Assembly (NCBI GenBank): GCA_964601325.1
Contig: CAZRNA010000002.1
Span: 1,454 to 65,453 of the forward strand
Direction: 5' to 3'
Length of the DNA stretch: 64,000 nt
From: an uncultured Candidatus Bathyarchaeia archaeon
GTDB lineage: Archaea; Thermoproteota; Bathyarchaeia; 40CM-2-53-6
A model generated the notes under the pieces. The model searched no databases. It was not told where the DNA came from and saw only the letters and a list, made by a program, of their open reading frames with translations. How positions within the stretch are numbered: the stretch's first letter is position 1; each line of letters begins with the position of its first letter. Positions 27,449 to 38,198 of the stretch are shown one piece after another. Position numbers and translations under genes: made by a program.

Positions 27449-30400
27449 CTAACTCGCCACCTCCTTCCTGCCTCGCGGCAACTTGATGGTGAATGTAGTG
27501 CCTTTCCGCGGCTTGCTCTTAACGGTGATTGTGCCGCCCTGAGCCTCCACGAGTCGTTTGCAGACAGCTAACCCCAGTCCTTGGCCCTTGGCCTTAGTGG
27601 TGAAGAACGGACTGAACATCCTAGCCAAGTTCTTTCTTGGTATGCCCGCACCCGTATCCTCAACAGTAATGATGGTTGAATCTCCCTTGCTGCGCGCTCG
27701 TATTGTCAGCTTCCCCTTTTTCGGCATGGCCTGGATCGCGTTCATGCCTAGATTCGTAAGCGTTCGCCTCATCAAGGTGGGGTCAATCATGACATTCTCT
27801 GCGGGCCTCTCTATTCCTACGGCAACCTTGACGGCTTCAGGTATCTTGATCGTTGAGAGTGTCTGCCTGATCAGGTTTGGCAGGTTGGTTTCAGTGAGCT
27901 TGGGCGCTAGGGGTTGAGAGTAGTCCTGCAAGTCAGAGACAATCTTGTCCATGTACGTGATCTGTTCTTGAATAGTGTCAAGCAGAGATTCTGCAGCCTT
28001 TCTGTCCGCAGCCTTTCTAGACTCCAAGTTCCTCTTCGCCAGATAGACGATTCCAGATATTCCCTGCAAGGGATTGCGGAGGTCGTGACCCACCATCGCC
28101 GTAGTCTCTCCGATAGTAGCTAGCCGCTGAGACTTCACAAGCTCTTCCTCCAAGCGTTTGCGTTCTGTGACATCGGTCCAATATCCATTGACCTCGATCG
28201 CCTTGCCGTCGGTATCATGGACCACATTCGCTTCTTCGCGTATCCACCGATAAGCTCCATTCTTGCACAGAAATCTGTACTCGAACGTGTGGTGTCCTTC
28301 CTTCCAGAGACGCGGAATCTCAGTCAGAACACGGCACACATCCTCAGGCGGAACATGACGCTCCCAGAACTCGGGATGACCCACGAATTCCTGTGGCTCG
28401 AAGCCAAGCATTGAAACGACTCTTCCGCTGACGTAGGTCAGGACAAAATCGGAGTGGTCTGCGAGAGGCTTGGCCGCATAGATTACAGCAGGATTCGACG
28501 TTACGACATATTCCAGCCGCTCTCTTGCCGCTCGAAGCTCTTCCGTCATCCTTCTGCCCACAGTCATGTCTGTCCAGTAACCAATGACTTCCAGTGGCTT
28601 ACCTGCCGCGTCGCGGACCAGATACGCTTCCTCACGCAACCATCGTTCTTTCCCGTCCTTGTGGAGAAAGCGATACTCGACATCAAGGTGCCCGGTCTTC
28701 CATAGACGCTGGACAGCAGTAAGGTATCGACTGTAGTCATCAGGGTTGACGCGATGCTCCCATACTTCCGGATGATTGATGAATTCGTCAGGCTTGAAGC
28801 CGGTTAGTTCAGCCGTTCTCTTGCTCATGTATGTCGCGTCATAATCTGAGAGATCCGGCCGAGGTCTGCCCGTAAATATCACAGCCGGGTTCGAACTGAT
28901 CACATACTCGAGTCGCTCCCTAGCCGAACGAACCTCCGTTGTCCTCTCATTCACCAGACTTTCCAGATGTAGCGAGTACTGCCTAAGCTCTTCTTCCAAC
29001 CGTTTGCGATCAGTGACATCCTGGTAAACCGCAACGAGTTCGCCGGAAGGTAGCTTGTACACGTAGTTCTCCCTCCAGCCCACTATTCGCTTGTCCTTGT
29101 AGATCCCTGCGGGCAGATGCTCAGGCTTCCCTGTCTTCCAGACTCTCTGGAAAACCTGGAAAAGCCCGAGATCCTTCACGCCCGGAAAAACCTTGACGAC
29201 ACTTCTGCCGATCACATCCTCACTCTTGACCTTCTCTATCCGCTCCGCGGCTTCATTGAAATCTTTGAACACGAAGTCGTTTCCTTGATCCACGGCCTCA
29301 TAGACGGATACGGCGTCACCCATGCTCCGGAACATCATCCTGTATCGCTCTTCACTCTCCTTAAGCGCCGTCTCCATTCGCTTGCGTTCCGTGACATCTC
29401 GAGCGATGCCCTGAAGTCCAGCCAGCTTTCCGTCCTTCAAGATCGGCGAACCGGCGAACTCAAGGCGGACTGTTGAACCATCTTTCTTCAGGATGTTGGT
29501 TTCACCGCTAGTGGCCACGTCTCCTTTGACTGCTTCGCTAAGGATTCGGATCCAATTCGATTTCTCGGATTCTGGTAGGAACTTCTGGAATGAAGCTCCG
29601 AGCAGCTCCCTCTGGCTATATCCTGTGATTCTCTCAACTGCCGGAGAAGCATACGTGATACTCCCCTCCAAATCTACCATGAATATTGGGTCGAAGCTTC
29701 TCTCAGCAATGCCTCGGAACCTCTCCTCAGACTCCTCAAGGGCTTCTTCTGTTCGCGTACGCTCGACTGCGATGGTGGCGTGGTTTGCGAAGAGCATGAG
29801 CATCTCAAGATCAGCCTGGGTGAAGCGTCGGGCTTTCGATTCCTCCATGACGTGGATTATGCCTATCACGCGATCTTGCCAGATCATAGGTGCGCTAAGC
29901 AGTGCTGAAAAGGGCCTTTCCTTTTCGTAGACCTCGGCTCGTCCCTCCCACAAACGATAATCATTCACCATGAGCGGTTTCCCAGTCTCAGCAACGCGGC
30001 CGGCAGCGCCTTCACCGTACTTGAGCACAACGCCTCGATAGTCGTGAGGCGTGTTGTAGCTCACCACGCAACGAGCCTCATGCCTCTCAGGATCGCATAG
30101 GTACATGCCTCCACTTTTGGCTTCCAGCAGCCTCACTGCTCGTTCAACAATCCTCTCAAGGAGCGTTGACAGATCGTAGGGAGCGGTAATGTCGAGGACG
30201 GTCGCCTGAAGCGTACCCAGCTCTTCCGCACGACTCCGAAGAGCCTCGATCTGCTCAAGCCTAGCGATGGCTGAGGAGACATGCATCGCGAGGGTTTCGA
30301 GGAGAACTTGATCGGACTCAGTGAACGCTCCAAGCTGGGCGCTCTCGACATTCAAGACCGCTACCACCGAGCCGTTCACGACCACCGGAACAGCCAGCTC

Positions 30401-32605
30401 TGAGAGCATCTGAACCGGTTGTCCGCTGGGAGATTTCGTTCTGGTGTCCACAAAGGCGGGCTCGCTCCTTGTGTCGGAGATTCGGATCGCCTCCTTGGTT
30501 CTTGCCACCCTCACGATAACGCCCGGCCCATCCAACGACAAGGGCTCAAGTGAAGCTGGTATGCCTCTCGCTTCCCTGATCCGAAGGAAGCCATCCTTGA
30601 CCTCTTCGAATCCTGCGTAGTGGAAACCGAGCGTATACTCCATGGCGTCCAAGGTTGAGGTGACTACCTCGTCAATGCTATTCTCCGCGCCGAGTTGTAC
30701 GGAATGCTTGTGAATGGCATCGAGTTTCTCCCCAGTCCGCTTGCTCTCAGTGATGTCTTCTTGGACCGACACCCAGATTCTTCCGTACTCGGAGGATTCT
30801 AGCACCGAAGTGCTGACTCGGCACCAGAAAAGCGCCCCGTCTTTCTTGACGTTGTGGATCTCTCCGACCCATGCGCCAGATTCATTCAGGCTCGTCTCGA
30901 TCTCTCGTACGATATCCTCAGGGCTCTTCCCTTTCACCGGAGCGTTCACTAATGCTATGTTCTTGCCAATCAATTCGCCTGGGTCGTAACCGAAGATCTG
31001 CTCGAACCGCGGGTTGGCGTAGACGATCACGCCGTCGCTGGCTCGGGTAAGAACAACGCCCTCAAACATGTTCTCCGTGATTTCGCTTTGAAGTCGGAGC
31101 TTCTGCTCAGCCAGCTTTCGCTCTGTAATATCGCGTCCATAGAAGTTGACGTGGCCTGCTTCGACGATTGGCTTGACGAGAAACGTGTAGCATCTGTCAC
31201 CAGACTCGATATCCAAGTTTCTACTTTGCCCGGTGGAAAGGACTTCAGTGACCAAGTTGCACCATAATTCGGGAGCGGTTTGCCCGGGTTCACAGTTCCA
31301 TTCCTGCAATAGTGTCTTGCTCGCCCGGTTTGCGATGAGAACCTTGCCACGCCTATCCAGACGCAGGATAGGGTTCGGATTCTCAGAGGGAAACTTGGCT
31401 AGGCTTTTGATATCGTCTTCCATGCGTTTGCGTTCGGTTATGTCCTGCACAGTGCCGAATAGCTTGACGACCCGACCGTGCACATCCTTCACAGGGCGCA
31501 TTGTGGCTGAATAGAATACGTGTCTCCCGTTGGGCAACTCGGCTTCAAGGTCGTATCTGAAATCTGTCCCTTCAGCAATGGCGCGGCGTGCATATTCGCG
31601 CAGCCGAAACGCCTGTTCCGGAGAGTAGTACGTGGCTTCTTCCTCGGCAGTGGGTGGACCCAGCGCAGGATCACGTTCGTAGAGCTTGTACGTCTCGTCG
31701 GACCACGCGATTCTCCCGCTTTCAACTTCGAATTCCCAGCTTCCGATGCGTCCTAATGCTTGAGCATCCTTCAGCCTCCCCTCACTCTCCCGCAGTTTCT
31801 CATCCATTCTCTTGCGTTCGGTGACATCGCGCACCAATCCGGTGACGCCGATTATCTCTCCATGAGCATCGCGGTGCGGACCATAGATGCCAGAAACCCA
31901 TCCTGACTTGCATGTCCCGGGAACATGGAACTGAGTATCGGGAGAAGCCACGGTCTCCCCCAGAAGAGCCCTCTTGAGCAACAGATCGACGCCTTGTTGG
32001 TGTAGATGGGGGAACAATTCGAGAGCGTTCTTGCCCAAGACCTTCTCTGCAGGCATACCCGTCAGTTCTTCCATGAACCTGTTCCAGACACGATAGTTCA
32101 GGTCTTGGTCGTAGACGATAATTCCTTCGCGCGCCCCAGAGATGATCGCTCTGTTGAATTGATGCGCCTCTTTTAGCGCCTCTTCAGCTCGCTTGCGTTC
32201 ACTGATGTCGCGTGAGCCGATGACGCTACCTAACATCTGGCCCTTCTCATCATAGAGGATATTTGCGAGATTCTCAAGCCAAATATAGTGACCGTCGGCA
32301 TGTCTATAACGACATTCAAGTCTCCCACCAGTCCACAATCGGCCAGTGGATATTGCTCTCTGGACTGTCTCTCTCACAGTGGCAAGGTCTTCGGGATGTA
32401 CGCGATCAAAAAGAGACTTGCCTACCAAGTCCTTAGGATCGTATCCCAGAACAGTCTTAGCTGATGAGCTGGCATACCTGCAGACCCCCTGAAGATCAGT
32501 CTCAACCACCATGTCCAACATATTCTCAGTGATCCGCCGCAAACGTTCCTCGCTCTCCCTCAGCGCGTCCTCCGCTTTCCTATGTTCCGTGATGTCGTCA
32601 ACCAT
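27449..32605 (-). CDS. giant multi-PAS/GAF sensor histidine kinase (1718 aa)
   Basis: The N-terminal ~1450 aa carry at least 9 PAS/PAC-like repeats (recurring blocks such as EYR....DG...W......V.D..G........D.TERKR.EE.L) and two GAF-like domains. One PAS unit is tandemly duplicated (two RERLEYV[IV][TS]SNPAVI[FY]... repeats). The C-terminus has HisKA (VGHDLRNPLQGI) and HATPase_c (DTGAGIP..., GQGLGLAVCKRLVEAQGG). Confidence 0.85.
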   Translation of the reverse strand: MVDDITEHRKAEDALRESEERLRRITENMLDMVVETDLQGVCRYASSSAKTVLGYDPKDLVGKSLFDRVHPEDLATVRETVQRAISTGRLWTGGRLECRYRHADGHYIWLENLANILYDEKGQMLGSVIGSRDISERKRAEEALKEAHQFNRAIISGAREGIIVYDQDLNYRVWNRFMEELTGMPAEKVLGKNALELFPHLHQQGVDLLLKRALLGETVASPDTQFHVPGTCKSGWVSGIYGPHRDAHGEIIGVTGLVRDVTERKRMDEKLRESEGRLKDAQALGRIGSWEFEVESGRIAWSDETYKLYERDPALGPPTAEEEATYYSPEQAFRLREYARRAIAEGTDFRYDLEAELPNGRHVFYSATMRPVKDVHGRVVKLFGTVQDITERKRMEDDIKSLAKFPSENPNPILRLDRRGKVLIANRASKTLLQEWNCEPGQTAPELWCNLVTEVLSTGQSRNLDIESGDRCYTFLVKPIVEAGHVNFYGRDITERKLAEQKLRLQSEITENMFEGVVLTRASDGVIVYANPRFEQIFGYDPGELIGKNIALVNAPVKGKSPEDIVREIETSLNESGAWVGEIHNVKKDGALFWCRVSTSVLESSEYGRIWVSVQEDITESKRTGEKLDAIHKHSVQLGAENSIDEVVTSTLDAMEYTLGFHYAGFEEVKDGFLRIREARGIPASLEPLSLDGPGVIVRVARTKEAIRISDTRSEPAFVDTRTKSPSGQPVQMLSELAVPVVVNGSVVAVLNVESAQLGAFTESDQVLLETLAMHVSSAIARLEQIEALRSRAEELGTLQATVLDITAPYDLSTLLERIVERAVRLLEAKSGGMYLCDPERHEARCVVSYNTPHDYRGVVLKYGEGAAGRVAETGKPLMVNDYRLWEGRAEVYEKERPFSALLSAPMIWQDRVIGIIHVMEESKARRFTQADLEMLMLFANHATIAVERTRTEEALEESEERFRGIAERSFDPIFMVDLEGSITYASPAVERITGYSQRELLGASFQKFLPESEKSNWIRILSEAVKGDVATSGETNILKKDGSTVRLEFAGSPILKDGKLAGLQGIARDVTERKRMETALKESEERYRMMFRSMGDAVSVYEAVDQGNDFVFKDFNEAAERIEKVKSEDVIGRSVVKVFPGVKDLGLFQVFQRVWKTGKPEHLPAGIYKDKRIVGWRENYVYKLPSGELVAVYQDVTDRKRLEEELRQYSLHLESLVNERTTEVRSARERLEYVISSNPAVIFTGRPRPDLSDYDATYMSKRTAELTGFKPDEFINHPEVWEHRVNPDDYSRYLTAVQRLWKTGHLDVEYRFLHKDGKERWLREEAYLVRDAAGKPLEVIGYWTDMTVGRRMTEELRAARERLEYVVTSNPAVIYAAKPLADHSDFVLTYVSGRVVSMLGFEPQEFVGHPEFWERHVPPEDVCRVLTEIPRLWKEGHHTFEYRFLCKNGAYRWIREEANVVHDTDGKAIEVNGYWTDVTERKRLEEELVKSQRLATIGETTAMVGHDLRNPLQGISGIVYLAKRNLESRKAADRKAAESLLDTIQEQITYMDKIVSDLQDYSQPLAPKLTETNLPNLIRQTLSTIKIPEAVKVAVGIERPAENVMIDPTLMRRTLTNLGMNAIQAMPKKGKLTIRARSKGDSTIITVEDTGAGIPRKNLARMFSPFFTTKAKGQGLGLAVCKRLVEAQGGTITVKSKPRKGTTFTIKLPRGRKEVAS

Positions 32606-32972
32606 GTCTCTTCATCTCCTTTGCCTGATTCACGTAGTCAACCATTGTCCAGCTCTCGTGCTGTGTGAAGTCCAATCCGAGGCGATTGTAGAAGTCCTTC
32701 GCGATCATTCTTTCTATGACGTCGGCAACTGATCGCACTAGTTCCCCGAGAGCCTTGTGGAAAGCTGGGAGTTTCTCAGGGATCTCTTCGCGCTTGATTC
32801 CGTACGTCGTCTCAAGGCGTTCGTAGATGGTTTCGCGCACAATCTCGCCCGGCACAGCCAAGCCGAAATCGACGGCTTCCAGTAGAGCTTCATCTAGCCG
32901 AACTGGTTTAGCCATCGAGTATGCCCCACCATAGTCAGACGTGGTAACAATGAACGAACAGTGCTTGGTCAT
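32598..32972 (-). CDS. hypothetical protein encoded immediately upstream of (8-nt overlap with) the sensor kinase
   Basis: 124-aa ORF overlapping the HK start codon, which suggests translational coupling. Acidic and helical in composition, with no family recognised. Confidence 0.4.
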   Translation of the reverse strand: MTKHCSFIVTTSDYGGAYSMAKPVRLDEALLEAVDFGLAVPGEIVRETIYERLETTYGIKREEIPEKLPAFHKALGELVRSVADVIERMIAKDFYNRLGLDFTQHESWTMVDYVNQAKEMKRHG

Positions 32973-33480
32973 ACGATGAATTAAGGGTGTGTAGACGGGT
33001 TGCTGGCGTTTCTATGATATTATCAAAAACGAGGGCGTGGTGATGTCGCATCTAACGTATCCGAGCCCCCCTCGACCTCGCCATCATGTGTTAGGAGTCT
33101 CGTCATGCCCTTGTCGCGAGTTCTGAACAGCTTATCTGTTTCAAGAGCTCCGTCCGCAATAGCCGGGATTGCACGTCGAAAACGTGGCGCATCACCTGTC
33201 CCTCCAGCTCATTGCCTACCTCCTATTGGTCCACTGAGTCCACACACGCAAGATCACTCCTCTTCAGCACGTGTTTGTCTTCGCGTTCGAGATAGTCTAG
33301 AGAGAAACTCCCCAGCAAGGGCTCAGCGTGATTGTCGTTTGTTCGTCTGACCATCGGAACGACCGATTGTGTGACATTCAACCGAAAAGGTGGCGCACGG
33401 TTATTATAGAAGAGCCATGTTCGTCTCGGCCGAAAAGGGCAACCAAGCATGAGACCCCGCAATCGTGAAGGGAGCACACA

Positions 33481-36263
33481 TTGTCATATGATCACGCAGC
33501 TTTCTCCGAGACCGAGCGGATTCTCGATGAGCTTGGGTCTTCCCCTAGTGGTCTCTCATCTGCCAAAGCCAACATAAGACTGCAAGAGTTCGGGCCGAAC
33601 GTTCTCCCTTCAGCCAAAAAGGTGAACTTCCTTCAGAGGTTTGTCTCACAGTTCAGAAACCTGTTCAATGTCCTCCTGATCATCGCCTCCGCACTGTCTT
33701 TCTTCAGCGGATGGATCTACAACGACGCGGGCTCCATACAGATGGGGCTAGCGATCCTCAGCGTAGTCGTACTAAACGCCTTCTTCAGCTTGTTCCAAGA
33801 GTACCGAGCCGAGAAAGCCGTTCAAGCCATAGCGAGACTGGTCCCATCAAACGCAAAGGTACTGAGAGATGGCAAAGAAATAGAGGTAGACATAGCCAAC
33901 ATAGTTGAAGGCGACATACTCGTTCTGGAAGAAGGCGACCGGGTTCCGGCAGATGCACGCTTGATTAGTGCATTTGAAACTTCTGTCGACAACTCCATCC
34001 TCACGGGCGAATCAGAACCGCAAAGAAGATTCGCAACAATGGCGCCCGGAGCAATATACAGCATAACCGATTACCAGAATATCATATTCGCAGGAACAAC
34101 CATTGTCTCTGGAATTGCCCGCGCAGTTGTGCTGAGCACCGGCAAGACTACCGAGTTCGGCAAGATCGTTACGTTATCACGTGAAATTAAGGAGCCATCG
34201 AGTCCGCTACAGCAGGAAATCGATTACACCGCCAAAGTCAACTTCGTGCTGGCAGTACTCGTGGGCGCGATCTTCTTTGCAGTCGCAAGACTTTTCGTGA
34301 ATCTGAACATGGTTGACAGTCTCCTCTTTGCTATTGGAGTAATGGTTTCGCTTGTTCCTGAAGGATTCCAACTGACAGTCTCGCTCTCGCTTGCCCTGAC
34401 AGCTCTTGCAATGTCCAAGAGGAACGTTGTTGTCAAGCGGCTCGCATCTGTTGAGACTCTGGGATCAACAACCGTGATGTGTGTTGACAAGACCGGCACG
34501 ATTACCAGCGGCGAAATGATGCTGAAGAAACTCTGGGCCAACGGCGAGATACTCGAAATCACAGGGGACGGATACAGCCCAGAAGGGTTCGTCACGGTTC
34601 AAGGTCGCAAGACAAACGGGGCTGAGAGAGAACACATGCTGAGGCTGTTCGAGACGGCGGCCTTCTGCAACAACGCGAAGCTGGTGCCTCCGTCCGATAG
34701 AATTCCAAGATGGACGATTCTAGGCGACCCGACGGATGGCGCATTCATGGTGTTTGCAGGTAAGGGAGATTTTAACGTCAGCCAAGCGATGTCAGAGAAT
34801 CCTCGGGTAGGCTTGCTGCCATTCGATTCAAAGAGAAGAATGATGACAAGTATCCACAGAACCTCCGACGATGGGCTTGTCGCGTATACGAAAGGTGCCT
34901 CCATGAAGTCCTCACGAAATCGATTAGCCTTCTTCTAGGCGATCAGTACGTTAGACTCGATGAGAATGCCAAGAGCACCATCGAGCGCCAGATTGATGAT
35001 TTTGCTGCACAAGGGTTCAGGGTACTCGCACTGGCCATACGCGTACTTCCAGACGATCTGAAGGAATTCACATCTGAGACCGTGGAAAAGGACTTGATGT
35101 TTCTTGGCTTGGCCGCCTTGTTCGATCCACCTAGACCCAACATTGAATCCGCAGTCAAAGAGGCCAGGCACGCCGGAATGCGCGTAATCATGGTAACAGG
35201 AGATCATGAACTGACAGCTGAGGCAATTGCGGAGCGGGTAGGAATCATCACTTCGCCCGATCATCTCGTAGTCTCAGGGTATGAACTCAACAAACTTCCC
35301 GATGATGAATTATCAAACGTACTGGACAAGCAGGAGATCCTGTTCGCGAGAACGACACCCGAGCAGAAACTGAGGATAGTGCGAGCTCTCAGAGCAAAAG
35401 GCGAAACAGTAGCAGTCACTGGAGACGGCGTGAATGATGCTCCCGCATTGATGGAAGCAGAAGTCGGGATAGCCATGGGTGTAGGTGGCACCGACGTGGC
35501 AAGAGAATCTGCTGACATGGTTCTACTCGATAACAATTTCATCTCAATGGTCGAAGGCGTGAGACTCGGAAGAGGCATGTTCGATAACCTCAAGAAATTC
35601 GTCTACTACGTCTTCACTCACAACTGGGCCGAACTAGTTGCATTCATTGTATTCGTGCTTCTTCAAGTTCCGCTACCATTACTGGTGGTTCAGGTACTCG
35701 CGATAGATTTAGCAGTGGAAGTCTTCCCATCATTAGCACTCGTCATGGAGCCCCCGGAACCAGACGTCATGAATAGACCGCCCCGTCGTCTAGGCAGCAG
35801 GCTCATCGACGCACCGATCCTGCTCCGGGCACTCTATGTTGGAATCATAGTAGGCGTTGGGTCTCTCGTCTGGGCATTTCATACCTGGATGACAGCGGGA
35901 TGGAGTTTTGGCCAAGCGACAGTAGGGGATCCTCTGGTCTACGCCAAGGGTACAACGATCGTGATGGTGGGCATCATTGCAGGCCAGTTAGGCAACTTCT
36001 TCTCTGCACGAACAAGCTCCCGCTCAGCATTCAGATTGAATCCTCTGAGAAACCGATGGCTCTTCTTGGCCATATTGGCGCAGGTTGCTATTCTTGCGGC
36101 AATGGTCTACGCGCCCTTCCTCCAGCCATTGTTCCGAACAGCCTCGCTCTCTCTAACTGACTGGATCATCCTTTACAGCTTGGCGCCTATGGTGCTCCTT
36201 ATTGAAGAAATGAGAAAGATAATCACGAAGAGTATGGCGAAAGGCCGGACGAGTCGTGGCTAG
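33481..36263 (+). pseudogene. P-type cation-transporting ATPase (P2-type, Ca2+/Na+-K+-like) interrupted by a frameshift near 34900
   Basis: The two track ORFs (33481..34938 and 35082..36263, in different frames) together encode one P-type ATPase. The motifs are a cation-ATPase N-terminal domain, TGES, CVDKTGTIT (phosphorylation site), KGA, then DPPR, MVTGDH, VAVTGDGVNDAPAL and 10 TM segments. Homology switches frame between ...YTKGAS and EVLTKSISLLLGDQYVRLDE.... Confidence 0.7.
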
Positions 36264-36319
36264 ATTCGCTTTTCTATATGTGAGCACCAAAGAGGACACT
36301 AGAGGGAAGGTGGAATTCG

Positions 36320-36658
36320 ATGCCTGCAGTCCTTAACGAGCAGGATGCGAAACGGAACGCGCTTTCCGCTTTCTTTGACTTTCACAGGGAATTAGCAGAC
36401 ACAACCACTCACGCGGTGAGGCTGTCTCCCGACCGGGCAACCCCGGGCCTCGAACTTGAGAAGGACTCCTTCACGGAGAAGGATGTGGAATGTCGTCAAA
36501 CCGGTGGCGGGTGGGTTTGTGTAATTCACCATCTTCACATGTCAAAGACTTCGAAAGGCATGCCACACACTTTCGAATACGAGGTCAAAGATGACCCAGC
36601 GAAGGCTAGATGTGACTGCAAGCCAACTGGTCGACCGATTCGCCCGTTTCTGGGGTAG
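36320..36658 (+). CDS. hypothetical protein
   Basis: 112-aa ORF with several Cys/His (CRQTGGGWVCVIHHLH, CDCKP). No family recognised. Confidence 0.3.
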   Translation: MPAVLNEQDAKRNALSAFFDFHRELADTTTHAVRLSPDRATPGLELEKDSFTEKDVECRQTGGGWVCVIHHLHMSKTSKGMPHTFEYEVKDDPAKARCDCKPTGRPIRPFLG

Positions 36659-36699
36659 AATCGACGGATCTGCTTGACATGTGGAGGTTTCAAGTCAGC

Positions 36700-37503
36700 C
36701 TAGTCAACCAATAGCTGCCTGACTTTTCGATTGATCTGCTCGGTGGAGCATGCGATTAGTGAATCGTAATTCTCTGTGATCGGGTTGCCACGAATGTCAG
36801 TTGCAACGCCTCCGGCTTCTTCCAGTATCAATAGTCCTGCGGCTATGTCGACAATTCTGCTGTTCTTGGTGAAGTCTAGGAAACCGTCGAGTGTTCCGCA
36901 TGCGGTGTAGGCGAGCGAAATTGCACATGAACCAACGCTACGGAAGCTTTTCAATGGAAGGCCGAACTTGCGGAAGGCCTCAACGAATTTGGTGAACTTC
37001 TTCTCGTCCGCGGCTGTGTGAAGATCCAAGTCGAACAGGCAGTCTTTGAATGGTCTTTCTTGGTTAGTGTGAATCTCCGAGCCGTCCATGAACGCACCAT
37101 GTCCCTTCTCGGCGGAGAACATCTTCCGATTCATCGGCTCATAGATCACCGCCATCACGTGCTCAAGCGCCGGAAAGCTTAGGACTTCAATCGAGATCGA
37201 GAAGAGCGGGATGCCCCGTTTGTAATTCGAGCTTCCGTCGAGCGGGTCCAAGATCACCCTGTACTCTGGTTTACCGAAGACGACGCGCCCTGCTTCTTCG
37301 GACATGACTTCGATGTTGCCGATCTCTTTCAGGCGTTTGAGGACGATCTGCTCGGAGAGACTGTCGGCGCGGATGGTCTCGTCTCCAGAGTCACCGATCC
37401 CAATTATCTCTGACAGATGTTTCTTGCCGAAGTCTCTTGCAAGTCCTTCCCCGGCTTCGCGTGCGATCGAAACAAGATCCTCTAGTTCCAGTGCGTTCCC
37501 CAG
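36700..37503 (-). CDS. suhB: inositol monophosphatase / fructose-1,6-bisphosphatase family (archaeal IMPase/FBPase, SuhB-like); start codon unresolved
   Basis: The track ORF is 36700..37305 (starting MSEEAG), with the IMPase motifs DPLDGS, the metal-binding EE, and WDxAAG-like (DIAAG). The ~66 codons upstream, directly after the TAG stop of the neighbouring gene, encode the IMPase N-terminus (EDLVSIAREAGEGL...SGDET...). They contain no ATG/GTG/TTG. Confidence 0.65.
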   Translation of the reverse strand: MGNALELEDLVSIAREAGEGLARDFGKKHLSEIIGIGDSGDETIRADSLSEQIVLKRLKEIGNIEVMSEEAGRVVFGKPEYRVILDPLDGSSNYKRGIPLFSISIEVLSFPALEHVMAVIYEPMNRKMFSAEKGHGAFMDGSEIHTNQERPFKDCLFDLDLHTAADEKKFTKFVEAFRKFGLPLKSFRSVGSCAISLAYTACGTLDGFLDFTKNSRIVDIAAGLLILEEAGGVATDIRGNPITENYDSLIACSTEQINRKVRQLLVD

Positions 37504-38022
37504 CTAGTACGTGGCAACCTTCGTTACGCCTCGAATCTTAAGCATCTTCTGAATCGCATCGCCGGATGGCTCTCGCTCTACCACAAGCGTGAGTTTCGGT
37601 TCCGGAGTCAGATCCGGATCGTCGGCGACAGCTTGCCGAATCGCGATGCCTTCCTGAGAGATCAATGACGACGCTTCAGTGACGATTCCGACCGCGTGAG
37701 GATCCGCGTAGATCTCTATCACGCGGTAGCCGAGAAAGCGAGCGACATTCGCGAGGAATGGGCCCGCAGGCTTGAGACCTTTGAAGACGGGCTGTAACAC
37801 AGGATCGGATTCGATGATTTGAGCGGTTTCTCTGACGGTGCGTCGGTCGACACCGATTGCGCGAGCCATTTTGAGTTCGGATTGTTCCACGTCTCCGCAG
37901 AAGATCTTGCCTTCTTTGACGCTTAGTCCTAGTTCTACCAGTGTTCTGGCGACTTTGAGGCGGCCTGGGTAGTCTGCGAGGCGGTGGGATATCTGTCTCC
38001 ACATCTGTACTTCAACGTACAT
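37504..38022 (-). CDS. ACT-domain regulator of amino-acid metabolism (COG2150-like: N-terminal HTH plus C-terminal ACT)
   Basis: 172-aa archaeal-type protein (ADYPGRLKVARTLVELGL..., C-terminal ACT-like LTLVVERE.SGDAIQKMLKIRGVTKV). It ends in a TAG that is in frame with the downstream IMPase. Confidence 0.5.
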   Translation of the reverse strand: MYVEVQMWRQISHRLADYPGRLKVARTLVELGLSVKEGKIFCGDVEQSELKMARAIGVDRRTVRETAQIIESDPVLQPVFKGLKPAGPFLANVARFLGYRVIEIYADPHAVGIVTEASSLISQEGIAIRQAVADDPDLTPEPKLTLVVEREPSGDAIQKMLKIRGVTKVATY

Positions 38023-38198
38023 TATGATACAACGTAGCTTTAAATCAGACGTTGGCCTATTCGGCGGCCAATCCGGAGGTCAAATCCGATGACAGGTGAC
38101 CGCGTTTGGACGGCAGACAGCCAACAACCGTTTGACTGAACCTCCATACATGGATCAAGACGCATCGAAACGGCCTCCGAAAGTTTTGGTGAAATCAA

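Noticed and set aside
35030-35110. Apparent extra in-frame stop near 35040..35080 when reading the bases by eye
   Set aside because: My manual reading (one extra C at a line break) conflicted with two independent track ORFs, 34935..35264 (-) and 35082..36263 (+), which are mutually consistent. I treat this as my own reading error and follow the track.
37504-37506. TAG as a sense (pyrrolysine) codon, to explain the in-frame IMPase continuation
   Set aside because: Many well-supported genes in the window terminate with TAG (for example nhaP and the second P-type ATPase ORF), so genome-wide TAG reassignment is unlikely.
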